Shown piece by piece: positions 19,884-28,095 of a stretch of 64,000 bases of DNA. This DNA is from Infirmifilum sp. GTDB lineage: Archaea > Thermoproteota > Thermoprotei > Thermofilales > Thermofilaceae. Both the position numbers and the translations under genes were made by a program. The notes beneath the pieces were generated by a model. It worked only from the letters and a program-made list of their open reading frames with translations. It searched no databases and was not told the DNA's origin. Each line of letters begins with the position of its first letter. Position 1 is the first letter of the stretch. The DNA lies in NCBI GenBank assembly GCA_041287245.1, contig JBEULP010000117.1, positions 256,001 to 320,000 on the forward strand, in the 5' to 3' direction.

Positions 19884-20624
19884 GTGTTTAGGGGTCTTGT
19901 AAAGGACGAGAGAAGTCTATATGATGAATTCGAGGAGAAAACACCATATTGGGACTATAGAACGGACAACTTCGCCTCGATTACTTTGCGCGACAGCAAG
20001 GCAGTACTCTGCTCCGGCCCCACCGAAGCTCTCTACTACTCTAACGCTGAAATCTCTGACGGGAGATTCGACGACCTCCCGTGGCAGATGAAAACCTTCG
20101 AGGCAAAGGTTAGAATGACGGGGACGCACTTTGGCTCTGCCGGGTGGGGCTTCTGGAACCACTCGATGCAGTTCAATCTAAGCCGGCCTATCTGGTTTAT
20201 ACACCTACAAAGCCGTGGACCATACCTTTTCCAAGGGTTTTTTGCCCAGGCGGTGACGGGTTTTGTTCCCATTAAGATTTACAGGGGTTCACTAACAGCT
20301 CCTAGTTTGCTATCCAGGCTTACACGAGGAGCCATCGGTGTTACAATATATACCCATAAGCCTGTCCTTCAGGAGCTTGATCTGAGTTCCTGGCACGTAT
20401 ACAAGATAGAGTGGCAAGCAGATAGTGCAGCCTTTTACATTGACGGCAACCTCGTTGCAAAAATACCCATCCGCGACTCCAACTTTAAGGCTCGGGCTGA
20501 CGTTTGGATCGATAATGCCGTTTTCGGCTACAACCCTAAGGATGCAGGCCAAGTGTACAGGCACCTTACACAGGAAAACAGGGAAAAGAATTGCCTAGAG
20601 GTAGATTACATAAAGATTTTCTAG
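19884..20624 (+). CDS. GH16/concanavalin-fold-like protein, catalytic motif not evident
   Basis: FEAKVR, GWGFW, WHVYKIEWQADSAAFYIDG, EVDYIKI. Confidence 0.55.
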   Translation: MFRGLVKDERSLYDEFEEKTPYWDYRTDNFASITLRDSKAVLCSGPTEALYYSNAEISDGRFDDLPWQMKTFEAKVRMTGTHFGSAGWGFWNHSMQFNLSRPIWFIHLQSRGPYLFQGFFAQAVTGFVPIKIYRGSLTAPSLLSRLTRGAIGVTIYTHKPVLQELDLSSWHVYKIEWQADSAAFYIDGNLVAKIPIRDSNFKARADVWIDNAVFGYNPKDAGQVYRHLTQENREKNCLEVDYIKIF

Positions 20625-21295
20625 AAAGGTAGGAGGTATGGTATAACGGCTGCATAAAGAAGTGACGGCAGGCCATCCCCGACCTTTATTTTCCTTAATT
20701 CGAGAAGGTTTATTCCCACACCGAGGAGCAACACTCCTCCAGTGGCAGTGACCTCTGCTAATATGGTTTCTGGGAGCACAACCCCAGCATAGTGCCCAAG
20801 AATCGCTAGGGAACCCTGGAAAACGAAAAGGGGTAAGGCGCTAAAAAGAACACCGATTCCTAGGGACGACGCTAGCGCTATACTTGCTATGCCGTCCATT
20901 ATGGACTTTGCTAGGATTATGGAAGGGTCTCCCATTCCATCCCTTAATGAGCCTATTATAGTCATAGGTCCTACGCAAAAGGTTAGAAACGCACTAGTCA
21001 ATCCATTCACAAAGTTGCTATCTCCACGCGAGAGCCTGTTAGCCCAAGCTTCGAGTCTATCCTGTATTTTAAACGCGCTGCCGGTTGCTGCTCCGAGAAT
21101 TAGCGATAAGAGAAGCGATATTATTTTCTGGCTTTTAAGAGCCATATCTATTCCGAGAGAAAGGGTGAACAATCCTAATATAGCGGGTAATGCCTCGATT
21201 ATGTTTTTAGGAAGATTTTTCTTGAGTAAAAGGCCAAGAACCGATCCCGCAATCACGGAAATAGTGTTAACTATGGTTCCTAACACTACCACCAC
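20621..21295 (-). CDS. DUF554 family membrane protein
   Basis: GTIVN, FCVGPMTIIGS, AKSIMDG motifs. Confidence 0.85.
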   Translation of the reverse strand: MVVVLGTIVNTISVIAGSVLGLLLKKNLPKNIIEALPAILGLFTLSLGIDMALKSQKIISLLLSLILGAATGSAFKIQDRLEAWANRLSRGDSNFVNGLTSAFLTFCVGPMTIIGSLRDGMGDPSIILAKSIMDGIASIALASSLGIGVLFSALPLFVFQGSLAILGHYAGVVLPETILAEVTATGGVLLLGVGINLLELRKIKVGDGLPSLLYAAVIPYLLPF

Positions 21296-21529
21296 ATTTT
21301 GAGCTTGCTTATATTTTTCTCTCTTAAAAGATTATAATTTATTCAGGTGAAAAACGCGAAACTTGTAGAGTGAAAGTAAATCTGAACATGAGGCTTTCTC
21401 TCAATTAAACCTTTGTGAGTTTAAATCTCTCTCGGTCTAATTAGGACGAATATGCCCTTAAACGATACGATGTAGATGAAGATTAAAACCGAGCACTCAA
21501 TTGACGATAGATGACGGTGAGAGGTTAAG

Positions 21530-22516
21530 GTGGACGACGACTCATCGAGTAAACATCTTGTATCAAAGCTTCTAGGTTTACAGACCCCCCTTTATCGTCT
21601 TCACTCGATTACCAAGATTTTGCAACTTGATGATATACCTGTATACGTGAAATATGAAGGTGTAAACCCAACAGGAACGCATAAGGATAGGGCTGCCCGT
21701 GCCCACGTTGCAAAAGCTGTTGAGAACGAAATGAACACCATCACCGTGGGAACCTGTGGTAACTATGGAGTAGCCATCTCATACTTCGCCCAAGCAGCCG
21801 GTCTACGCTCGGTAATTTTCGTCCCGAGATCATATGAGAACAGCCGAGTAGAGGAGATGAAAAGATATGGAGCACAAATAGTATTAGTGGACGGCACCTA
21901 CGAGGAAGCTGTTGCCCTGAGTTCGCGGGCAGCCAGGGTAAACGGCTGGTATGATGCTAACCCCGGCGGTTACTCAGACAAGGTAAGCTTCGAGGCGTAC
22001 AGCTCCATAGCCCACGAAATAATCTATGAATTGGGGGATGCGCCTTACGCCGTCTCAATTCCTGTTGGAAACGGGACAACCCTTGTTGGCGTTTATCTAG
22101 GATTTCTAAAGGCATACAAGGAAGGTCTAGCCACTCGTATACCGAGGCTGGTCGCCGGAACGACCGTTTTAGGAAACCAGATTGCAGCCTCCTGGAAGGA
22201 TAGCTCTATTGAACCGGTGATTCTATCGCCTTCTTCTATTAAAGAAACACCTGTTAACGAGCCCCTTGTGTCGTACAAGTCTTTCAATGCCCTCGAAGCT
22301 TTGCAGGCCATTCGCTCCACTGATGGCAGCGTCTATGAGTTTAGCGATGAGGAAATGCTGGAGATGGCGCTTTTACTCCGCGCGGTCGAAAGAGTCGGGG
22401 TTTTGCCAGCCTCAGCAGCCTCTCTTCTAGCCTTGAGAAGCTTTAAAGCCGAGGAGGAAATTGAGGGTCCGCTGGTTGCGGTGATAACTGGAAGATGGAG
22501 AAAGATAAAGCACTAA
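21530..22516 (+). CDS. PLP-dependent fold-type II enzyme (threonine-synthase-like)
   Basis: KYEGVNPTGTHKDR, TCGNYG, PVGNGT, VITG. Confidence 0.88.
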   Translation: MDDDSSSKHLVSKLLGLQTPLYRLHSITKILQLDDIPVYVKYEGVNPTGTHKDRAARAHVAKAVENEMNTITVGTCGNYGVAISYFAQAAGLRSVIFVPRSYENSRVEEMKRYGAQIVLVDGTYEEAVALSSRAARVNGWYDANPGGYSDKVSFEAYSSIAHEIIYELGDAPYAVSIPVGNGTTLVGVYLGFLKAYKEGLATRIPRLVAGTTVLGNQIAASWKDSSIEPVILSPSSIKETPVNEPLVSYKSFNALEALQAIRSTDGSVYEFSDEEMLEMALLLRAVERVGVLPASAASLLALRSFKAEEEIEGPLVAVITGRWRKIKH

Positions 22517-23571
22517 TACTTGCCGAGGGGTTGTACGCTTCTACAGACGGGAAGACCGCTCACGGGCTTGTAAGGAAAAGCCTCAAGTATAAAATCGTAG
22601 GGGTTATCGACAGTACTCTCTCAGGCAGGGATGCCGGAGAGGTTTTAGACGGTAAGCCTCGAGGCATCAAAATATATTCTAATCTAAGCGAGGCCCTTCA
22701 AGAGCATCCCGACGTAAAATATCTTATCATAGGCGTGGCTACTCCGGGTGGAAAGTTACCCCCAGCTTACAGGAAGATAATTATGGAAGCGATTAAACAC
22801 GGCATCAGTATTGTTAACGGGCTTCACGAGTTCCTTAGTAACGACCCTGAAATAAGTAAGCTCGCATCCTCCAAAGGAGTAGAGCTTATTGATGTTAGAA
22901 AGATCTTCTACGAGACAAGGATCTTCTACACGGGTAAGATACGAGAAGTAAAAGCTTTAAAAATCGTTGTTATCGGGACGGACTCGGCTATAGGGAAACG
23001 TACAGTGGCACACATGATTACAGACGAGTTTAACGCTAGAGGCATTAAAGCCGTTTTTATCGGTACAGGCCAAACCGCGTGGATGCAAGGAGCAAAGTAT
23101 GTGTTCGTACTAGACTCGCTGGTAAACGACTTTATCCCTGGAGTATTAGAAGACACCGTTTGGCGGGCGTATACGGAGGAAAAACCCAAAGTGATCGTAG
23201 TTCCTGGCCAGGGTTCCCTTCTTCACCCTGTTTTTCCTGGAAGTTATGAAATACTTAATCTTCTAAGACCGGAGATTATTATTCTTCAGCATGCTCCCGG
23301 TAGGAAAACTCTTGACGGTTTCCCGGAATATGCCATGCCTCCTCTTGAAAAGTATTTCCGGCTTGTTGAATTAATAACAGACAGGCCGATTTTCGCAGTA
23401 ACCCTGAATACCGAGAGGCTCAGCGATGAGGAGGCTAGAAAGATTGCATTGGAGATTGAGAAAACCTACAATGTTCCAGTCGTAATACCTCTAAGTGAGG
23501 GTGTGGGACGCATAGTAGATCTAATTATGAAGAGTTACCCAGAGCTTGGTGAAGGTTCACGGCAAGCCTGA
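22495..23571 (+). CDS. DUF1611 family protein (DgcN-like D-Glu N-acetyltransferase)
   Basis: GKTAHGL, IGVATPGG, NGLH, GTDSAIGKRT, TGQT, GQGSLLHP, LQHAPGR. Confidence 0.88.
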   Translation: MEKDKALILAEGLYASTDGKTAHGLVRKSLKYKIVGVIDSTLSGRDAGEVLDGKPRGIKIYSNLSEALQEHPDVKYLIIGVATPGGKLPPAYRKIIMEAIKHGISIVNGLHEFLSNDPEISKLASSKGVELIDVRKIFYETRIFYTGKIREVKALKIVVIGTDSAIGKRTVAHMITDEFNARGIKAVFIGTGQTAWMQGAKYVFVLDSLVNDFIPGVLEDTVWRAYTEEKPKVIVVPGQGSLLHPVFPGSYEILNLLRPEIIILQHAPGRKTLDGFPEYAMPPLEKYFRLVELITDRPIFAVTLNTERLSDEEARKIALEIEKTYNVPVVIPLSEGVGRIVDLIMKSYPELGEGSRQA

Positions 23572-23600
23572 AGTGTTTTGACAAGATCGTCGTCGGCCCT

Positions 23601-24998
23601 GTGGTGGTTAAGCGGAGGTCTTTCCGTATAAACTACGAGCTACAAATGGAAGGGGTTCGAAAACAGTACACGCTTATAAACAGCTACCCTGAAGATGTTA
23701 ATATCAAAGGTGTGCATGAACTAGCCGTTCTTACCGGGATTATTCCGGCAATAAACTATGGGCTGTTTACAGATACTATTGAGATAAAAGCCCCCTTGCA
23801 CGAGCTCGACTACAAATACTTTCTAGACATGATGGATATCACCGCGAGAGATATTTTTGTAAATAGAATAATCAATAATACAGGGCTTATTCGAGAAGAG
23901 TATATACCAAGAGGGGAGATCGTTCCAGAGGATGCTAAACCTAAAGCTGAGGTTCAGGTAAGCGAGACCTTTACGGGTTCAGACCTGGATCTACAGCCAG
24001 ACTACAAGAAGTGTGTTGTAATGTCGTCAGGGGGCAAAGAAAGCCTCCTAACCTACGGTTTACTCGGCGAAGCGGGCTGCGACACATACCCTTATTTCGT
24101 CAACGAGTCCGGGAGACACTGGTTTACAGCTTTAACAGCCTACAAAGGGCTAGCATCGACAGATCCTAAAACCAGGAAGGTTTGGACAAATCTGGACAGG
24201 CTTTTTGCTTTCATCGAAAAAAACATGAAGATAGTTGTCCCCTACTATTGGAAGAAGAACAGAGAGATTTACCCTGTGCGTCTCTTCTGGTATGCCCATT
24301 ATATATTCTCTGTCCTCCCCCTCGGGTTGAAAAACAATATAGGCAACGTAACGATGGGAAATGAGTTTGACGACCCCACAGGCTTATCGTTTGAGTATAG
24401 AGGAATAAGACACTATTATGCCACATATGACCAATCCTTGGACTTCGACGACTACATGACAAGCTGGATGGCGCAAAGAGGGCTAAATATCAAACAGTGG
24501 TCCCCCCTCCGGCCCATCACACCTATAATTGTTCTCAGGATTCTCTTCAGACGATATGGAAGGCTAGCTGTATGGCAAACAAGTTGCCACTCAACACATA
24601 TTGAAAACGGAGTTGTAAAGCCCTGCGGCACATGCTTTAAGTGCAACGGGGTTCTTCTCATGATGCTGGCGGAAGGATTAGATCCCACTGTCATCAGATA
24701 TGAGAAGAGACATGTGGAGACACTACCCGAGAGATTAGAGAAGGGGCTTATAAGGCTAGAAGAATCGCTAGTTAAACACTCTTTGTACTTAATATCGGAG
24801 AGGGGGCTCTGGAGGCTCCCAGGAGCTCAACCCGTATGGCACGTGGAGATGATACACTTTGACAATATCAACTCCCGTCCCGATTTTATTCCTCACAAGG
24901 AGCTGCGAGAACACGTACTTGACATTTACGAGAAATATACCCGCGGTTATGTCAAACTCGTCGATGGTAAGTGGGTTGAAACGACCCGTCCGCCCTAA
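23601..24998 (+). CDS. PP-loop (adenine nucleotide alpha-hydrolase) protein, MurL/QueC-like; start possibly CTG 23568
   Basis: MSSGGKES PP-loop variant, GNE, WSPLR, TSCH...PCGTCFKC zinc motif; ~470 aa. Confidence 0.6.
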   Translation: MVVKRRSFRINYELQMEGVRKQYTLINSYPEDVNIKGVHELAVLTGIIPAINYGLFTDTIEIKAPLHELDYKYFLDMMDITARDIFVNRIINNTGLIREEYIPRGEIVPEDAKPKAEVQVSETFTGSDLDLQPDYKKCVVMSSGGKESLLTYGLLGEAGCDTYPYFVNESGRHWFTALTAYKGLASTDPKTRKVWTNLDRLFAFIEKNMKIVVPYYWKKNREIYPVRLFWYAHYIFSVLPLGLKNNIGNVTMGNEFDDPTGLSFEYRGIRHYYATYDQSLDFDDYMTSWMAQRGLNIKQWSPLRPITPIIVLRILFRRYGRLAVWQTSCHSTHIENGVVKPCGTCFKCNGVLLMMLAEGLDPTVIRYEKRHVETLPERLEKGLIRLEESLVKHSLYLISERGLWRLPGAQPVWHVEMIHFDNINSRPDFIPHKELREHVLDIYEKYTRGYVKLVDGKWVETTRPP

Positions 24999-25083
24999 AA
25001 CCCATGTAATCGGTTGTTAATGTACAAGCACCTGCCGAGATAATTTTGAAGATCGATTAACTGTTATAAATCTCCGGGACTCA

Positions 25084-25821
25084 TTACAAATTTACGATGA
25101 ACTCGTTATTGCTACGTGAAATCAAGACTTTCACGTTTGTGAGACCGAGTTTAGAAACCGTCTCTATCCATTTATCGGACAACGCTAAGACTGCCACGGC
25201 TCCTACTAGACGAGCTCTAGCCTGTTCAATCAGAGATTCCAGTGCGTTTAAGGACTGAAAGTCATTGACGATGCTCTTAACCACAAGCACCTTACTGTCT
25301 TTTTCAATACTATCCCTTGGGATGTGAAGGTAGATGATCTCGCCCCTTTCACCCGAGGTATAAGATGCTGTTAAAAGTTTCCCCCAGTTCCCGTAAGCTT
25401 TTTCAGAAGCGACGACAGCATCGGCGAGCAGCCATTCCGCTACGACAACAGCTAGACCTGTATTCCTTTCAGGATATGTCAAAACAACGTCGACTTCAGA
25501 GTCCGCGTAGTTTTTCCAGACAATATACCCTATGAGGTTGAGAACACGCGGGTTGAAGAGAAACCTCCACTCCTCGACAACTTGATTCTCACTTATTATA
25601 GCCTCTCTTAACGCTTTCTCAACAAGTTTCCTCTCACGAATAGCCTCCAGTATCTTCCTAGCCGTATGCTTCTCAGGAAACTGAGAGTAGCTGGTATACC
25701 TCCACAAAACTTGTGATGGAATGCCTAGAAACTCCTCTAATTCCTTGAATGTATATGCCTCCTTTAAACCATTTAAAAGTCTAGCAACTACGTACGAGCT
25801 TTCTTCGCCTTCACTAGACAT
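25084..25821 (-). CDS. HTH + PRTase-fold transcriptional regulator (PurR-like architecture)
   Basis: N-terminal YTFKELEEFLGIPSQVLWRY HTH; PRT-like C-domain with degenerate PRPP loop. Confidence 0.72.
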   Translation of the reverse strand: MSSEGEESSYVVARLLNGLKEAYTFKELEEFLGIPSQVLWRYTSYSQFPEKHTARKILEAIRERKLVEKALREAIISENQVVEEWRFLFNPRVLNLIGYIVWKNYADSEVDVVLTYPERNTGLAVVVAEWLLADAVVASEKAYGNWGKLLTASYTSGERGEIIYLHIPRDSIEKDSKVLVVKSIVNDFQSLNALESLIEQARARLVGAVAVLALSDKWIETVSKLGLTNVKVLISRSNNEFIVNL

Positions 25822-25876
25822 ATATGTTTTCTAAAACAGAAAAAGGATATTGTCATTTAAGTAGTTATTGTCCTTC

Positions 25877-26668
25877 TTATTTCTTTTCCTCCTCGCCTCT
25901 AAGGAGTTGTTCAAGCTCCTTCCTTGTTTCTTCTTGCAGCTTCTTAATTTCCTCAATTTTACTTCTTACCTTTTCAAGCCAATCCCTACTTGACTCTATG
26001 CCCTTGTGAACAAAGAAGGCAATCCCCTCGTTCCGACTCTTAAAAATCCCAGCCTCAACCAAAAGGTCAATCACGTTCAAGTCAGCCTGCGGCAATCTAA
26101 CAGAGGAAATAATTGTAGAGGGAGTTTTAGACCATAACCCAGAAAGTGCGTCACGAATAATCCTGTCTACCTCCCGTAGAGCCTCGTCGACAATACGCGC
26201 CTCTTCTTTAATAAACCTAATATTGCCCCCTTCCCCCGTTGAAACAGTAATAATGGGAGTTCTTCTTCTCTCTTGTTGCTCGCTCAAGGAATCCTTAAGC
26301 CTATCTATCACTTCTTCTATTCGGTCTTCAAGGTCTTCAACCATAGACTCGAAGTCATCTATTGCATCATCTATGTATTCCTCGAGGTTCTCATATGTGG
26401 ACTTATCCTCTGACTCCTTTAGTAGGCTCGAAGCATCCTCAAGAATTCCTCGTAATTTATTTTTCAGCTCCGCTTTTACGCTTTTCAGCTCCCGACGGGT
26501 TTTTCTAGCCTCAGCAAGCTGGGACGAAATTTCCTCGACCCTTTGAAGTGTTGTGCTGCTTGTCTCGAGTGAAGATATTTTTTCCGCGATTACAGATAGT
26601 TTCTGTTGTGCTTCCATGTAGATTTTTTCTGCCTCATCGATTAAACCTTGTATTGTAGCTGACTGCAT
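25877..26668 (-). CDS. Coiled-coil protein with C-terminal ribbon-helix-helix domain
   Basis: SSVRLPQADLNVIDLLVEAGIFKSRNEGI matches RHH pattern; acidic coiled coil N-terminal. Confidence 0.65.
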   Translation of the reverse strand: MQSATIQGLIDEAEKIYMEAQQKLSVIAEKISSLETSSTTLQRVEEISSQLAEARKTRRELKSVKAELKNKLRGILEDASSLLKESEDKSTYENLEEYIDDAIDDFESMVEDLEDRIEEVIDRLKDSLSEQQERRRTPIITVSTGEGGNIRFIKEEARIVDEALREVDRIIRDALSGLWSKTPSTIISSVRLPQADLNVIDLLVEAGIFKSRNEGIAFFVHKGIESSRDWLEKVRSKIEEIKKLQEETRKELEQLLRGEEEKK

Positions 26669-26870
26669 ATGTAATGTATCAATACAAATCTATTTAAATT
26701 TTTTACCGGGAAACACCCTTAACATGAGGAAAAAGTAGTGGAAGCGTACGTACAAGAAGAGTTTTTCGACGAGAGAAATGGGTGGAATATGGCAAAGGTG
26801 GAGATTCCACTTCATAATTATGGCAGGGTGTTCTTCAGAGTTGGAAAAAAATATATTGTCTCGGCTAGCT

Positions 26871-27146
26871 TCAAAGAAGGGAGATAATCTCTATCTCTAA
26901 TACAGGGATCATCTTTTCTTCAGCTTCCTCTCCAACTTCCTCGCTGTAAAGTTTGATTTCTCCATATTTTATCTTATTACCGGTCATTTTCTTAACGCTC
27001 TCCGCGATCCCAGCGGCTTTTGAGATATTGGGTCCTCGGGCTTTCAAAATTATTTTCTCCCTTCCCTTTTTGAGGAGGGTCAAAATTTCAACAATATAGC
27101 CACTAGCCGGCTTTTCACCTATGTAGATAATCTCCTGAGTAGACAT
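26871..27146 (-). CDS. alba: Alba-family DNA/RNA-binding protein
   Basis: IYIGEKP, ILKARGPNISKA, IPVLEIEI; 91 aa. Confidence 0.85.
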   Translation of the reverse strand: MSTQEIIYIGEKPASGYIVEILTLLKKGREKIILKARGPNISKAAGIAESVKKMTGNKIKYGEIKLYSEEVGEEAEEKMIPVLEIEIISLL

Positions 27147-27210
27147 TTCAACTCATTTGTTTTATTCAATCCAAATCTATATAATTTTCATGTTAGAAGC
27201 CCCCTGAGGT

Positions 27211-28056
27211 CTAGGAGAGTATAACTAGAAGCCCACCTGGCGTCTTTAAGGTTCTAATGAGACCCCGCTCCTCCAGTCTTCTAATACGTCTGAGGGCTGT
27301 AGTCGAGGGAAGGTCGAGAGCCTCCCTTATATCCTTTAAGTAGGCCTTCCCCCCGCTTTTCTTTAGAAAATCTATAATCTCTTCCTCCTCCTCGGATAGC
27401 ACCGTGTATTTTCTACGCCTAAATACGAACCACAGAACCACAACTAGGATCAGCAGTGCGGTAAAAACACCTGCAACCATCCATGTGAACCCTAATCCTA
27501 GGCCTCCAGGTGTGTTTTGAGTGTGCCCCGTCATCGTACTCATGCCTCCTCCTCCCTCTTCTGTAGATACCTCAAGCAGGCTCAGGGAGAGGTCTGAGTC
27601 GAGCCGCGTGTAGTGTAAAACCGTGAAGCCCCCTTGTTTATTAATGGCGTCTGGTAAGGGCTCGACCCCTAATATCACATAGTCGCTTGACAGGTAAACA
27701 TCTAGGCTTTGATTCCATGCGGGTATAAGAATGAGAGATGGGTCTCCTTCAAATATAGATACGAATGTTACGTTTATAGTATCTCCACCTCGTATTAACA
27801 CAACCAGCGTCGAGTTTGATAGGTTGTATAATGGGACACCCTCGTTCTGGCTGGAGATTATGAAGGATCGAATCTTTCCTACGAGATTAAGCGTGAAGAC
27901 TGTGTCTTCCTGAGAGGAAACTTGAATACTCCCCTGAATGTTTTTGCCAGCAGTGATGATTATCTTCTCCACCCCGGTTAGGGGCTGTGCAGCAGCAAGA
28001 AGAGGACTCAAAAGCAGCAACGCTAAATAAAAAATAATCATCTTCTTCAATTGCAC
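27211..28056 (-). CDS. Membrane-anchored winged-helix regulator (signal peptide, extracellular domain, TM, cytoplasmic wHTH)
   Basis: N-terminal signal, TM FTWMVAG...WFVF then RRRK, then LSEEEEEIIDFLKKSGG...LPSTTALRRIRRLEERGLI. Confidence 0.78.
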   Translation of the reverse strand: MQLKKMIIFYLALLLLSPLLAAAQPLTGVEKIIITAGKNIQGSIQVSSQEDTVFTLNLVGKIRSFIISSQNEGVPLYNLSNSTLVVLIRGGDTINVTFVSIFEGDPSLILIPAWNQSLDVYLSSDYVILGVEPLPDAINKQGGFTVLHYTRLDSDLSLSLLEVSTEEGGGGMSTMTGHTQNTPGGLGLGFTWMVAGVFTALLILVVVLWFVFRRRKYTVLSEEEEEIIDFLKKSGGKAYLKDIREALDLPSTTALRRIRRLEERGLIRTLKTPGGLLVILS

Positions 28057-28095
28057 ATATCCCTGAATAAGGGAGCTATATTTAAGCTTTAAAGG

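Noticed and set aside
21476..21520. C/D-like words ATGAAGA...CCGA...TGACGA upstream of the PLP enzyme
   Set aside because: First guide is only 6 nt, with no terminal D box or stem.
23601..24998. Calling this gene queC
   Set aside because: It shares PP-loop and zinc motifs but is about twice QueC length, has a long N-terminal domain and GKES, and its context is amino-acid metabolism.
26738..26899. Short plus-strand ORF (~53 aa) between the RHH gene and alba
   Set aside because: No recognisable motif and it overlaps the alba 3' end; cannot be supported.
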